Shown: positions 48,730 to 57,335 of the stretch, piece by piece
Layout of the letters: every line of letters starts with the position of its first letter
Position numbering within the stretch: position 1 is the stretch's first letter
NCBI GenBank assembly: GCA_001817495.1
Contig: MHIL01000023.1
Location: 1 to 57,335 of the forward strand
Direction: 5' to 3'
DNA from: Candidatus Buchananbacteria bacterium RIFCSPHIGHO2_02_FULL_56_16
GTDB lineage: Bacteria; Patescibacteriota; Patescibacteriia; Buchananbacterales; UBA6539
Length of the DNA stretch: 57,335 nt
Notes under the pieces: model-generated
Told to the model about the DNA's origin: nothing
The model's input: the letters and a program-made list of their open reading frames with translations, nothing else
The model's database searches: none
Made by a program: the position numbers and the translations under genes

Positions 48730-48819
48730 GGAATTTTGTTCCGTAAAATTAGTTGTTAGTTTGAAGCTGACTTTTTTTCTAAAAACAAAAATTAAGAGCG
48801 ATCAACTATTCGAGCGGTG

Positions 48820-50883
48820 ATGCGAATTCAGCTCACAACACCGGTTTCCGCTTTAAGCATGGTCGGCAGCACCACGGCCGACCGGCTGAAAAAGTTAGGG
48901 ATCTCAACTGTTCTAGATCTCCTTTTTTATTATCCGTTTCGTTACGAAGATTTGAGCGTCGTCTCACCCATCGGTTCACTCCAACCCTTCTCGACTGCGA
49001 CGGTCAAAGGCCGGATCGAACTTCTAGACAACCGGCGCAGCTGGCGGCGCCGGACGATCCTCACCGAGGGTTTGGTGAGCGACCCGAGCGGATCGGTGAA
49101 GGTGATTTGGTTTAACCAGCCGTTCATCACCAAGGTGCTCACGCCCGGCGATGAGGTGTACCTGGCCGGCAAGGTGGCCGCTGACCAGTACGCCCTTCAG
49201 CTGGTGAACCCGATCTATGAAAAGATCAAGCGGGCTGGCGAGACCGTCCATACGGCGCGAATCATTCCAATCTACCCGCTGACCGAGAAGCTGACCCAAA
49301 AGCAGCTTCGGTGGCTGATGAAGCTGGCACTGTCGGCGGCCGACCAGGTGCGGGACTGGCTGCCTCCGGAAATCCGGACAACGCTATCGCTCCTGACGTT
49401 GCCTCAAGCGCTGCGGCAGGTTCACTTTCCCGACAGTCAGGCCAGCGCCGACGCGGCGACGCGGCGCCTTAAGTTTAATGAGCTTTTCCTGTTTCTGCTT
49501 CAGTCAAAAACCGTCAAGCGCGAGCTGCAGTCAGCCCAGGCGTTGCCGGTTACGTTCGCGGAAACCGCGACCAAGCAGTTCGTTTCGTCCCTGCCGTTTA
49601 CCCTGACCGCGGACCAGCGCCGTGCCGCCTGGCAGATTCTGTGTGACCTCGAGCGGCCAGCACCGATGAACCGGTTGCTCGAGGGGGAAGTCGGCAGCGG
49701 CAAGACGGTCGTTGCCGCCATCGTAATGCTCAACGCCGGCCTTGCCGGGTTGCAGACGGTGCTGATGGCGCCGACTGAAATTCTGGCGCGCCAGCATGCC
49801 ATGACGCTGCAGCAGCTGCTGGCCGGTACCCCGCTCAAAGTGGCGCTGCTTACCCATTCCTACCACCAGCTGGTGACCCGGACCTGCTCACGGGCCGCGC
49901 TCGCGACGGCGATTCGTAACGGCAGCGTCGACGTGGTCATCGGCACCCACGCGCTGATCCAGCAGGACATAAAGTTTCACCGCCTGGCGCTGGCAATTAT
50001 CGACGAGCAGCACCGGTTCGGCGTTGAGCAGCGCAAGCTGCTCCACCAGAAGGGTTCAGCGCCGCACTTTCTCTCGATGACCGCGACCCCGATTCCGCGG
50101 TCGCTCGCGCTCACCCTCTACGGTGACCTCGACCTCTCGGTGATCCGTGAGCTGCCCAAGGAACGCAAGCGAGTCATCACGCGCCTCATCGGCCCGGCGC
50201 AGCGTATGGACTGCTACCAGTTCATCAGCGAGCAGATTGCCTCGGGCCGCCAGGTCTTTGTCGTCTGTCCGTTGATTGACCCTTCCGACAAGCTGGGCGT
50301 GAAGTCCGTTACCGAATCTTTTGAGAAACTAAAGGAGCAGGTGTTCCCGAACCTCAAGATCGCGAAGCTCCACGGCAAGCTAAAGCCGCGAGAGAAGGAA
50401 TCGGTAATGGCTGATTTTGTGGCTAAGAAGAGCGATATTCTAGTGACTACGTCAGTCATTGAGGTTGGCGTTGACGTACCGAACGCTTCGGTAATGCTGA
50501 TTGAAGACGCCGAGCGATTTGGGCTGGCCCAGCTCCACCAGTTTCGCGGCCGGGTTGGCCGGGCTGCTCACCAGTCGTACTGTTTTTTACTGACCGGCAG
50601 CAGCAACCAAAAAACTACCGCCCGGCTGGAAGCGCTGGTAACCGCCCGTGATGGATTTGAGCTGGCTGAGCTTGATCTCAAGTTCCGCGGTCCCGGTGAG
50701 CTGTTCGGCTTGAGCCAGTCGGGCTGGCCGGCGTTTCGAATCGCCAGTCTGTTTGATTATGACTTAGTTGCGTTAGCCCAAGCGAGTGCCGAGAAAATCA
50801 TTACTGCCGACCCGACGCTGCAGCGCCATCCCGAGTTGCGGCAGAAGCTGGACCAGCTGAACCGCGAGGTACATCTTGAGTAA
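48820..50883 (+). CDS. recG: ATP-dependent DNA helicase RecG
   Basis: It has a wedge/OB N-terminus and SF2 helicase motifs (GEVGSGKT, IIDEQHRFG, MTATPIPRS, QLHQFRGRVGR). Confidence 0.95.
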   Translation: MRIQLTTPVSALSMVGSTTADRLKKLGISTVLDLLFYYPFRYEDLSVVSPIGSLQPFSTATVKGRIELLDNRRSWRRRTILTEGLVSDPSGSVKVIWFNQPFITKVLTPGDEVYLAGKVAADQYALQLVNPIYEKIKRAGETVHTARIIPIYPLTEKLTQKQLRWLMKLALSAADQVRDWLPPEIRTTLSLLTLPQALRQVHFPDSQASADAATRRLKFNELFLFLLQSKTVKRELQSAQALPVTFAETATKQFVSSLPFTLTADQRRAAWQILCDLERPAPMNRLLEGEVGSGKTVVAAIVMLNAGLAGLQTVLMAPTEILARQHAMTLQQLLAGTPLKVALLTHSYHQLVTRTCSRAALATAIRNGSVDVVIGTHALIQQDIKFHRLALAIIDEQHRFGVEQRKLLHQKGSAPHFLSMTATPIPRSLALTLYGDLDLSVIRELPKERKRVITRLIGPAQRMDCYQFISEQIASGRQVFVVCPLIDPSDKLGVKSVTESFEKLKEQVFPNLKIAKLHGKLKPREKESVMADFVAKKSDILVTTSVIEVGVDVPNASVMLIEDAERFGLAQLHQFRGRVGRAAHQSYCFLLTGSSNQKTTARLEALVTARDGFELAELDLKFRGPGELFGLSQSGWPAFRIASLFDYDLVALAQASAEKIITADPTLQRHPELRQKLDQLNREVHLE

Positions 50884-50910
50884 AGGCAAAATTAACAGCA
50901 GGTAAGCTGG

Positions 50911-50961
50911 TAAGTAAATTAAGTAAAGTAAGTGGATAGGCTCATGGGCTTAATTTACTTA
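50911..50961. terminator. Hairpin (word family 2) between convergent recG and the L,D-transpeptidase gene
   Basis: The 13-bp stem pairs taagtaaattaag (50911-50923) with cttaatttactta (50949-50961). Confidence 0.5.
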
Positions 50962-50987
50962 TCTTGCTTACTTCACTTACCTACTTC

Positions 50988-51848
50988 TCAGCTTATCTCT
51001 ACCTTCGTTCCCACCTGAGCAAACTGGTACAGCCGCTCCATGTTCGGGTAGGCGACGTTGACGCAGCCATGGCTCATCGGCCGGCCGAAATTATTATGCC
51101 AGTAGGCGCCGTGGATGTAGTAGCGCAGGCGCTTCGTTGTGAAGTGGAGGTTCCACTTGGTGTTGGGGTAGTAAAAATCGTAGCCGGTCCCGCCATAGAC
51201 TTTGGTTGGCACTTTGTCGAGGATGCTAAACTCGCCGGTCGGCGTTGGCATTGACCGGACGCCGGTCGAAACGGCGAAGCGATCAAGCAGAACGCCGTTA
51301 AACGAGTAGGCGAGCTCCTGGCCGGCGAGGCTGACGGTAATGAACTTCTCAATCGTCCCCGCGTCAGCCGAGCGCGGGTCATGGCCCTGGTCAATCTCAT
51401 CGCCATCGCTAAACCCGTCGCCGTCGGTATCGGGGTTGAGAAGATCCAAACCTAATCGAATCTCCCAGCTGTCGGCCGCGCCGTCGGCGTCTGAATCAAT
51501 CGCGTTGAGTTTGGTCGGTTCAGCGTGGCGGGGAGAGTAGCCGTGGTAGACTTCCTGGAAGTCGTCAAACCCGTCGCCGTCGGTGTCGGCCTTGAGCGGA
51601 TCGGTGTGGTACAGCGTTAGCTCTACTTGATCATTAAATCCGTCGCCGTCAGTATCGGCAATTGGTTCGGCTTCGCTCAGGGTCGCCTTGGGTACTGTCG
51701 AACTGGCAATTGGTTCGGCGGCTGACGCCTGGAAACCGAAGGCAACAAAAAAGAGCGCGAGCGACGCGCCGAAGAGTTTAAAAAAGATGTTTTTTTTGAA
51801 ACTAGCTTTTTTCATTTTTGTTTTAATTTGTTTTAAGCCGGGCTGCAC
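50988..51848 (-). CDS. L,D-transpeptidase (YkuD domain) with N-terminal thrombospondin-type-3 Ca-binding repeats
   Basis: It has a signal peptide and four D-x-D-x-DG-x-x-D repeats. The catalytic motif is HG......G...SHGCVN. Confidence 0.85.
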   Translation of the reverse strand: MQPGLKQIKTKMKKASFKKNIFFKLFGASLALFFVAFGFQASAAEPIASSTVPKATLSEAEPIADTDGDGFNDQVELTLYHTDPLKADTDGDGFDDFQEVYHGYSPRHAEPTKLNAIDSDADGAADSWEIRLGLDLLNPDTDGDGFSDGDEIDQGHDPRSADAGTIEKFITVSLAGQELAYSFNGVLLDRFAVSTGVRSMPTPTGEFSILDKVPTKVYGGTGYDFYYPNTKWNLHFTTKRLRYYIHGAYWHNNFGRPMSHGCVNVAYPNMERLYQFAQVGTKVEIS

Positions 51849-51920
51849 TCGTGTTTTTATTGTTCTATAAACAGTATAGCACGTTTATAGCATTTTGTCA
51901 ATTTTCTTTTCCCAAACTAG

Positions 51921-52484
51921 CTAGAGTTTAGAAACGAATTGGTTATCCTTAAGGTAAAACCGCCACGGCTTGGTTTTGTACGCGCCGGCGTACTCGACGC
52001 CGATACGCGGTGCTCTTTTAATTTGACGAGCGCTGATGACAACGCCGCGGTCTTCAATCCAGAGCCGGGCGCGCGGACCGGTTGCCGGCGTTTCGTTGAG
52101 CGTTGTGTCAACGCCAAACGCCTGGCAGAGCTTGCCGGGTCCGTTTGTTTTTTGATTGGGCGGTATGCCGCTGATCGGTTCAACCGCCCGGATCAAGATT
52201 GCTGCCGGGTACCCCGGCGCCTCGGTAACAATATTGAGGCAGTAGTACATGCCGTAGATCAGGTAGATGTACCAGTAGCTACCGGGGCCAAACATTACCG
52301 CCGTACGCTTCGTCCTGCCTCGGCTGGCGTGCGAGGCGAGATCGTGCGGCCCGACGTAGGCTTCAACTTCAACGATCATGCCCACCCGTTGCCGGTGCGC
52401 CGTTTCGGTAACTAAAAACTTTCCCAGCAGCTGGGGGGAAAGTTTGAGCGTCGGCCTTACGTAGAACGGTCGGGTGAGCCTCAT
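51921..52484 (-). CDS. mpg: DNA-3-methyladenine glycosylase (Mpg/AAG family)
   Basis: It has the FY.R....L...LLGK.LV......G.IVEVEAY.G..D.ASH....RT.R...MFGP.G..Y.Y..YG...C.N.V pattern. Confidence 0.85.
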   Translation of the reverse strand: MRLTRPFYVRPTLKLSPQLLGKFLVTETAHRQRVGMIVEVEAYVGPHDLASHASRGRTKRTAVMFGPGSYWYIYLIYGMYYCLNIVTEAPGYPAAILIRAVEPISGIPPNQKTNGPGKLCQAFGVDTTLNETPATGPRARLWIEDRGVVISARQIKRAPRIGVEYAGAYKTKPWRFYLKDNQFVSKL

Positions 52485-52489
52485 CGTTG

Positions 52490-53752
52490 CTACTTGAGCT
52501 GGATCCGGTAGAGCCGGCCGTCGGTCTTGCTGGTGAAGTAGAGGTAGCGCCCGTCGGCTGACGGGATGAGCTGTTCGATGTTGTGGCCGCCTTCCGGGGT
52601 GGCGACGAGAGATTTGAGGCCGGTGGTGAGGTCAATCCGGTAGATATCGGCTGGTGAGCTGTCCATCTCGGCGGCAAAGATGCCCGCGTTTTCCGGCAAA
52701 TTTTTTGGCACGGCGCAGTAGGCGGTCGTATGGTTGCTAAATGTACACTTATCAACCCAGGTGTCGAGGTTGAGCTTGCGCCGGTTTTGGCCAATGTTGT
52801 CGCCCTGGGCCGACACCACCCAAAGCGTCGGCCTGAAGCCGGACTCGCTCGAGTAGACGCTGTAGAGCAGCTGGTCACCACCCGGCGACCACTGGCCGCG
52901 GAAGTCGCGCCCCTCGATGATGGTGGCGGGGAAGTTCTCCTGGTTTTTACCCACGAAGTAGAGCGTCTGCCGGTCGAAGTCCTTATCCTCGCTGTAGAGC
53001 GCCACGACCGTGTCGCTGGGCGACCACAGCGGGTAGACGGAAGCGTCTTTATCGCCGAGGTGCTCAATCTTTTGAGCTTTGGATCCATCGGCGCCGGCGA
53101 TCGAAAGCCAGCGCGACTCTTCGCCGCTGCCCATGCTCTTGAACACCAGCTCGTTGCCGTTAGGCGAAAAGTCAAAATCTTTCCAGTGGGCGGGCAGCGT
53201 TACCTGCTGCTTCGTGGTGAAGTCGTAGAGGATGTTGGCGCCGTCAGGGTACTCGAGGACCGCCTTTCCTTTATCGGGTGACCAGGTAATCTGCTCAACC
53301 TGGAAAAAGATTTTGTCACTCAACGGCGTTGTCCGGCCGTCAGCAGTCACCCGCATGAAGAGGCCGGAGTTTCGATCATAGAACTGCACGCTCGAGCCAT
53401 CTCCGCTCAAGGTCGAGCCGTAGCTCCGGCCGTCGGTCAGCGCCGTGCTCCTGGTCAGCCCGCCGCTCGCGACCGTTGAAGCGGCGGCTGCGGCGGCGGC
53501 TGGTTGCGTCGGCGGGCCCGGCACGCCGGCGTTGACGTTTGCTCCAGGCAGCGTTCCCGGCGCGTTAGCGTTAACGGCAATGTTCGCGTTCTCGTTAGTG
53601 CCCGGTAACGTTCCCGGCGCCTGGTTGGTGGTGGTCGGAGTAGTGATCGGTACGCTCGGCCGCAGCAAAAAGAAGTAGAGGAGGTACGCCAGCAGCAGCA
53701 CCGCGGCGACGAAGCCGATGACGAGGAGGATGCGTTTCCAGTTGAGGGACAT
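52490..53752 (-). CDS. Membrane-anchored TolB-like beta-propeller (PD40/WD40-like repeat) protein
   Basis: It has an N-terminal TM segment and a low-complexity linker. Repeated ..SPDG..(L/V)(V/Y)... blades follow (SPDKGKAV, SPNGNELVF, SPSDTVVA, SPGGDQLLY, SADGRYLYF). Confidence 0.65.
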   Translation of the reverse strand: MSLNWKRILLVIGFVAAVLLLAYLLYFFLLRPSVPITTPTTTNQAPGTLPGTNENANIAVNANAPGTLPGANVNAGVPGPPTQPAAAAAAASTVASGGLTRSTALTDGRSYGSTLSGDGSSVQFYDRNSGLFMRVTADGRTTPLSDKIFFQVEQITWSPDKGKAVLEYPDGANILYDFTTKQQVTLPAHWKDFDFSPNGNELVFKSMGSGEESRWLSIAGADGSKAQKIEHLGDKDASVYPLWSPSDTVVALYSEDKDFDRQTLYFVGKNQENFPATIIEGRDFRGQWSPGGDQLLYSVYSSESGFRPTLWVVSAQGDNIGQNRRKLNLDTWVDKCTFSNHTTAYCAVPKNLPENAGIFAAEMDSSPADIYRIDLTTGLKSLVATPEGGHNIEQLIPSADGRYLYFTSKTDGRLYRIQLK

Positions 53753-53762
53753 AGAATAGCGG

Positions 53763-53842
53763 GGTCAGTAAGTAGTAAGTAGCCGGTAGTCAGTAGGGCT
53801 CCGTTGAGTCTCTACTGACTACTCACTACCGACTACTGACTA
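53763..53842. repeat. Intergenic hairpin, word family 1
   Basis: gtagtcagtag (53786-53796) pairs with ctactgactac (53812-53822). The loop and right arm are homologous to 3275-3312. Confidence 0.7.
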
Positions 53843-54832
53843 AGGGCTGCTGCTAGAGAATCCGCCGATCAAGGCCTTTAATCCTTGCCACATCGCGCCC
53901 ATCACAATCTTAATCGTTTCCAGCGGGTGGATAAAGATGTAGCCGATCGTGCCGACAAACAGAAGCAGCAAAAAGATAACCGTGAAGATAATCAAATCAG
54001 CGAAGATGACCAGCGCTTTTTTCCACCAGGCGATCTTGTACTGGGGATTGATCACCGCCGAGTAGAGCCACTCGCCGTGGGCGACGAAGATGAATACCCA
54101 GGCCGAGAAGAACACCTCGCCGAGCGAGCCGAGCCCGCCGGTAAAGAGCTTGACCGCGTCAACCGCCCGCTGGACGCTCCGGTAGCGGCTGCCGACGGCG
54201 ACCGAAGCGCCGACCTGTTGGCCTCTGGTCGCCCGCCGGACGAGCTGCCGGGCGGCCCGTAACCCGCGGCGAAGCGCTGACTCGTCAGGTTCATCAGGCG
54301 CTGCGTTTGCCTGGTCGGCTCGTTTAGTTTGTCGGTCTTGACGTTGTTTTTCTGCTCCGGTAAATTCTCGATTGGCTGCTCCTTGAGGATCTTTTTTCCG
54401 TTCGTCTAAATTTTTTTGCCCATCCTGTTGCCGTTGCTGTTTTTCTTCATGACTCAAAGGCGTACCCGATCCTCGAACTCCCGCGGCGCCGCCGGGGCCA
54501 TAGACGCGATCATCCGGTGAGCCGCTATGCTTCGACTGGCCGCTGCCCGGCGCGGATTGGGTTGGTGCACCCTGCTTATCTTCTTGAGCGGGTTTATTGC
54601 CCGGCCAGTTCTGTTCCGCCCAGGAAGGCTGCTGGCCGGCGTCAGATTTTTTTGGCGCCTGTTTTTGTTTTGATTTTGGTACCTTGTAACCAAACGTTAA
54701 CTTAATTACGGCTCGGCGACCTTTTGGTCCAATTGGTCCAAAACCGCTCCCGCCCGTCGACGCGCCCTGCTGTTGGCGGGCCTGGTGCTGCTCTCCGCGC
54801 AGGTCTCGCCTCCGTTGTAGGTCGTCAGCCAT
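53840..54832 (-). CDS. Hypothetical protein with a disordered Gln/Lys/Arg-rich N-terminal half and a C-terminal multi-TM domain
   Basis: Its start overlaps the clpC stop (TGATG). I recognised no family. Confidence 0.55.
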   Translation of the reverse strand: MADDLQRRRDLRGEQHQARQQQGASTGGSGFGPIGPKGRRAVIKLTFGYKVPKSKQKQAPKKSDAGQQPSWAEQNWPGNKPAQEDKQGAPTQSAPGSGQSKHSGSPDDRVYGPGGAAGVRGSGTPLSHEEKQQRQQDGQKNLDERKKDPQGAANREFTGAEKQRQDRQTKRADQANAAPDEPDESALRRGLRAARQLVRRATRGQQVGASVAVGSRYRSVQRAVDAVKLFTGGLGSLGEVFFSAWVFIFVAHGEWLYSAVINPQYKIAWWKKALVIFADLIIFTVIFLLLLFVGTIGYIFIHPLETIKIVMGAMWQGLKALIGGFSSSSP

Positions 54833-57335
54833 CAGCGAAAGGTTAGGCTGTCGTGCTCGACGTCAATGGTGATGGTGTCGCACGGCTGGCTCAAGACGAC
54901 GTGGGCGATATGATGTTCAATCAAGTTCTGAATGTTTTGGCGGATTGCTCGCGCCCCGCCCTCGGGTAAGTAACTTTGGGCAGCGAGCAGCCGGGCGACC
55001 GCCGGCGTAGTGGTGACGGTCACACCTTGCGCGTTGAGCCGCTCCACGAGCTCGGCGAGCTGGAGTTCGGCGATGGCGGTCAGGTGCTGGCGCTCGAGCG
55101 GCTGAAAGACGACGATACGATCGAGACGGTTTAGAAATTCGACCGGCAGCTGCTGTTTAAGCTGCTTGAGCACCTGCTGTTCGGCGGCGGCAAAGCTATG
55201 GGTAATCTGTCGGTGTTCAGCTGGCGTTTGGGCGTCAAAGCCCAGCGCGGCCTGTTGCCGAAACTGGTCCGAGCCGATGTTCGAGGTCATGATGACAATG
55301 GTATTTTTGAAATTAATTTTTTTGCCGGTAGCGTCGGTCAGGTGGCCGTCTTCGAGGATTTGAAGCAAGAGGTTAAAGATGTGGGGGTGAGCTTTCTCAA
55401 TCTCGTCGAAGAGAACGACCGAGTAGGGCCGGCGCCGGACGAGGTCGGTGAGCTTCGTGCCCTCGCGGTAGCCGACGTAGCCGGCCGGCGCGCCGATCAG
55501 TTTCGAGATGTTGAAGCTCTCGGCGAACTCGGACATGTCAATTCGAACCAGAGCGTCGGGATTGTTAAAGACGGTCGCGGCCAGCACCTTGGCCAGCTCG
55601 GTTTTACCCACCCCGGACGGCCCCAGGAACATGAATGACCCGACCGGACGGTTGCTGCTGGCGATGCCGGCCCGGGCCCGGCGGATGGATTGCGCCACCG
55701 CAGCGAGCGCTTCAGGCTGGCCGATGATTTTTTTAGCCAAAAGCTGCTCGAGCTTGAGCAGGCGGGCTTTTTCCGTCGCCAGCAGGGTGGCGGTGGGCAC
55801 GCCGGTTACGTGGGCGACGATCGCGGCGACGTCGGCCGCGGTTACGACTGCCAGCGGCTTGCGCTGCTTGGCGGTGCGCTGGGCGCGCAGCGCCGTCAGC
55901 TGCTCGGTAAGCGCTTCAGCCTGCTGCTTGTAGTCCAGCGCGCTCGAGAACTCGCCCCGGTGGACCTTGTCGGCTTTTTTATCGGCCAGCACCCCGAGCG
56001 TGTCTTCTATTTTTTTTATCTCCAAAAAGAGCCGGTCGGTTCCCTGCTTGATCTTGATCGCCGAAGCGGCTTCGTCAATCAGGTCAATGGCTTTGTCGGG
56101 CAGGAAGCGGTCGGTGAGGTAGCGCTCGGAGAGCTCCGCCGCCGCGGCGATGGCATCGTCACCGATGGCAACCTGGTGAAACGTTTCGTAGCCGGGCTTG
56201 ATTCCCTGGAGGATTTGAACGGTTTTTTCGACGTCGGGCTGGTTGACGATGATCGGCTGAAACCGCCGCTCGAGCGCCGCGTCAGGCTCAATGTACTTTT
56301 TGTAATCTTCAAGGGTAGTGGCGCCGATGCAGCGGATTTCGCCGCGGGCCAGGGCGGGTTTTAAGATGTTGGCCGCGTCCATCGAGCCGGCGGCCGAGCC
56401 GGCGCCGATGATGTTGTGCAGCTCATCAATGAACAGGATGATCGAGGGGTCGTTTTTGACTTCGAGCAGGATTTGCCGGAGGCGGTTTTCAAACTCGCCG
56501 CGGAAGCTCGTGCCGGCGACCACGGCGCTGATGTCCAGGGCGTAGATCTTTTTGTCGCTCAAAAACTCCGGAACATGGCCTTCCACGATCTGCTTGGCTA
56601 ACCCTTCGGCGATCGCGGTTTTGCCGACCCCGGGATCACCCAGCAGCACCGGGTTGTTTTTGGTCCGGCGGGACAAGATTTGGATCAGCCGTTCAATCTC
56701 CGCCTCGCGGCCGATGACCGGGTCAATCCGTTTCTGGCTGGCACGGTCGGTCAGGTTGGTGGCAAAAAAGTCCAGGCTCAAGGCCGGGGCAGCTTTTGCC
56801 TCCCGGCCAAAGCCCAACACCGGCCGTTCGCGCTCGCCACGCTTCGCGGGCGAAGCGGGCTCGCCAAAGTCGGGCTCGGCGATGGCGCCCAGCAGGTCGG
56901 GGAACTTCGCCGCGCTGTGCAGCGCCGTGAGGACCTGGCGGCGGAGGGTTTCAGCGTCAACGCTGGTGGCGGTCAGGAAGTCGTTGATTTTTTCGTCGTT
57001 CAGCTCGAGCAGCGCCGCCAGCAGGTGCTCGGTGCCGACGTAGCAGTGGCGGTTGTAACTCGCCGCCAGGACCGACTTTTCCAGCAGCTTCTTGCTCGAG
57101 AGGTTGAGCGTCACCTCGGTCAGGCGCGTGCTCGCTACCGCATCATCTTTGATCGTCTGCTTAAACTTGAGCGAGTCAAAGCGCGCCTGGGCCAGAATCG
57201 CCGCGCCGACGCTGCCGCGCTGCTGGGCCAGGCTGTGGAGGATGTGGCGGGGACTGACGCGCTGGTGGCCTAACGAAACCGCCAGGCCGAACGCGTTTTT
57301 GAGCGTCTGCTTGGAGTGGGCGGTGAACTGTTGGA
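54832..57335 (-). CDS. clpC: ClpC-type AAA+ chaperone ATPase, 5'-truncated by the window edge
   Basis: The frame stays open upstream of the ORF-track GTG, and my translation gives a first Clp_N repeat (..[18 protein letters not shown]..). It has two AAA modules (GDPGVGKT and GPSGVGKTE Walker A) and a short M-domain. Confidence 0.9.
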   Translation of the reverse strand, partial: QQFTAHSKQTLKNAFGLAVSLGHQRVSPRHILHSLAQQRGSVGAAILAQARFDSLKFKQTIKDDAVASTRLTEVTLNLSSKKLLEKSVLAASYNRHCYVGTEHLLAALLELNDEKINDFLTATSVDAETLRRQVLTALHSAAKFPDLLGAIAEPDFGEPASPAKRGERERPVLGFGREAKAAPALSLDFFATNLTDRASQKRIDPVIGREAEIERLIQILSRRTKNNPVLLGDPGVGKTAIAEGLAKQIVEGHVPEFLSDKKIYALDISAVVAGTSFRGEFENRLRQILLEVKNDPSIILFIDELHNIIGAGSAAGSMDAANILKPALARGEIRCIGATTLEDYKKYIEPDAALERRFQPIIVNQPDVEKTVQILQGIKPGYETFHQVAIGDDAIAAAAELSERYLTDRFLPDKAIDLIDEAASAIKIKQGTDRLFLEIKKIEDTLGVLADKKADKVHRGEFSSALDYKQQAEALTEQLTALRAQRTAKQRKPLAVVTAADVAAIVAHVTGVPTATLLATEKARLLKLEQLLAKKIIGQPEALAAVAQSIRRARAGIASSNRPVGSFMFLGPSGVGKTELAKVLAATVFNNPDALVRIDMSEFAESFNISKLIGAPAGYVGYREGTKLTDLVRRRPYSVVLFDEIEKAHPHIFNLLLQILEDGHLTDATGKKINFKNTIVIMTSNIGSDQFRQQAALGFDAQTPAEHRQITHSFAAAEQQVLKQLKQQLPVEFLNRLDRIVVFQPLERQHLTAIAELQLAELVERLNAQGVTVTTTPAVARLLAAQSYLPEGGARAIRQNIQNLIEHHIAHVVLSQPCDTITIDVEHDSLTFR
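56831..56860. repeat. 30-nt in-frame palindromic element (copy in clpC, in the linker between the N-domain and AAA1)
   Basis: The sequence is cgctcgccacgcttcg-cggg-cgaagcgggc, read as [10 protein letters not shown]. Confidence 0.85.

Noticed and set aside
3229-53842. Integron-type attC sites (imperfect palindromes following individual genes)
   Set aside because: No integron integrase or attI is present. The genes followed by hairpins are core housekeeping genes on both strands, and I did not recognise the attC R''-L''...L'-R' core motifs.

Overview
This is a 57.3-kb, GC-rich (about 60% by eye, not computed) bacterial chromosomal window. Gene content suggests a Candidate Phyla Radiation/Patescibacteria-type genome, which is an inference. 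The supporting signs are T4SS-pilin-like, PrgI-like and VirB4-like genes embedded among housekeeping genes, a membrane-anchored orphan solute-binding protein, a FemAB-family gene, thrombospondin-type-3 Ca-binding repeats in exported proteins, many lineage-specific hypotheticals and weak Shine-Dalgarno signals. Housekeeping genes recognised are trpS, rnj, secG, uvrA, leuS, a femX-like gene, tsaC, rsmA, metK, comF, recG, mpg, a 5'-truncated clpC, an L,D-transpeptidase, a PlsC-like acyltransferase and a DsbA-like oxidoreductase. There are also tRNA-Leu(CAG), tRNA-Ser(GCU) and tRNA-Arg(GCG). Three things stand out. (1) A same-strand block at about 22.4-46.8 kb encodes a 3302-aa Cys-rich surface protein and a 1583-aa polytopic VirB6-like protein. 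It also encodes a PrgI/VirB3-like protein, a VirB4 ATPase that appears split into two ORFs, and a bitopic protein. A separate DsbA + two T4SS-pilin-like genes operon lies at 10.4-13.2 kb, and its second pilin is fused to a lytic transglycosylase. No relaxase, coupling protein or integrase is visible, so this looks like a non-conjugative T4SS-like surface apparatus. (2) A 30-nt hairpin element (GCTCGCCACGCTTCG-NNGG-CGAAGCGGGC) is inserted in frame in four unrelated genes, including clpC. It is read in three different frames and includes one inverted copy with compensatory stem changes, reminiscent of Rickettsia palindromic elements. Two expanded relatives lie in a duplicated structured intergenic module at 33.16-33.64 kb. 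(3) Intergenic spacers are built from a few dispersed, stop-codon-rich word families that form long hairpins. In at least three cases these bracket single genes as inverted repeats, including a 23S-IVS-type four-helix-bundle gene. No CRISPR array, rRNA gene, transposase or integrase was seen. All domain calls come from motif recognition by eye, and no database search was run.
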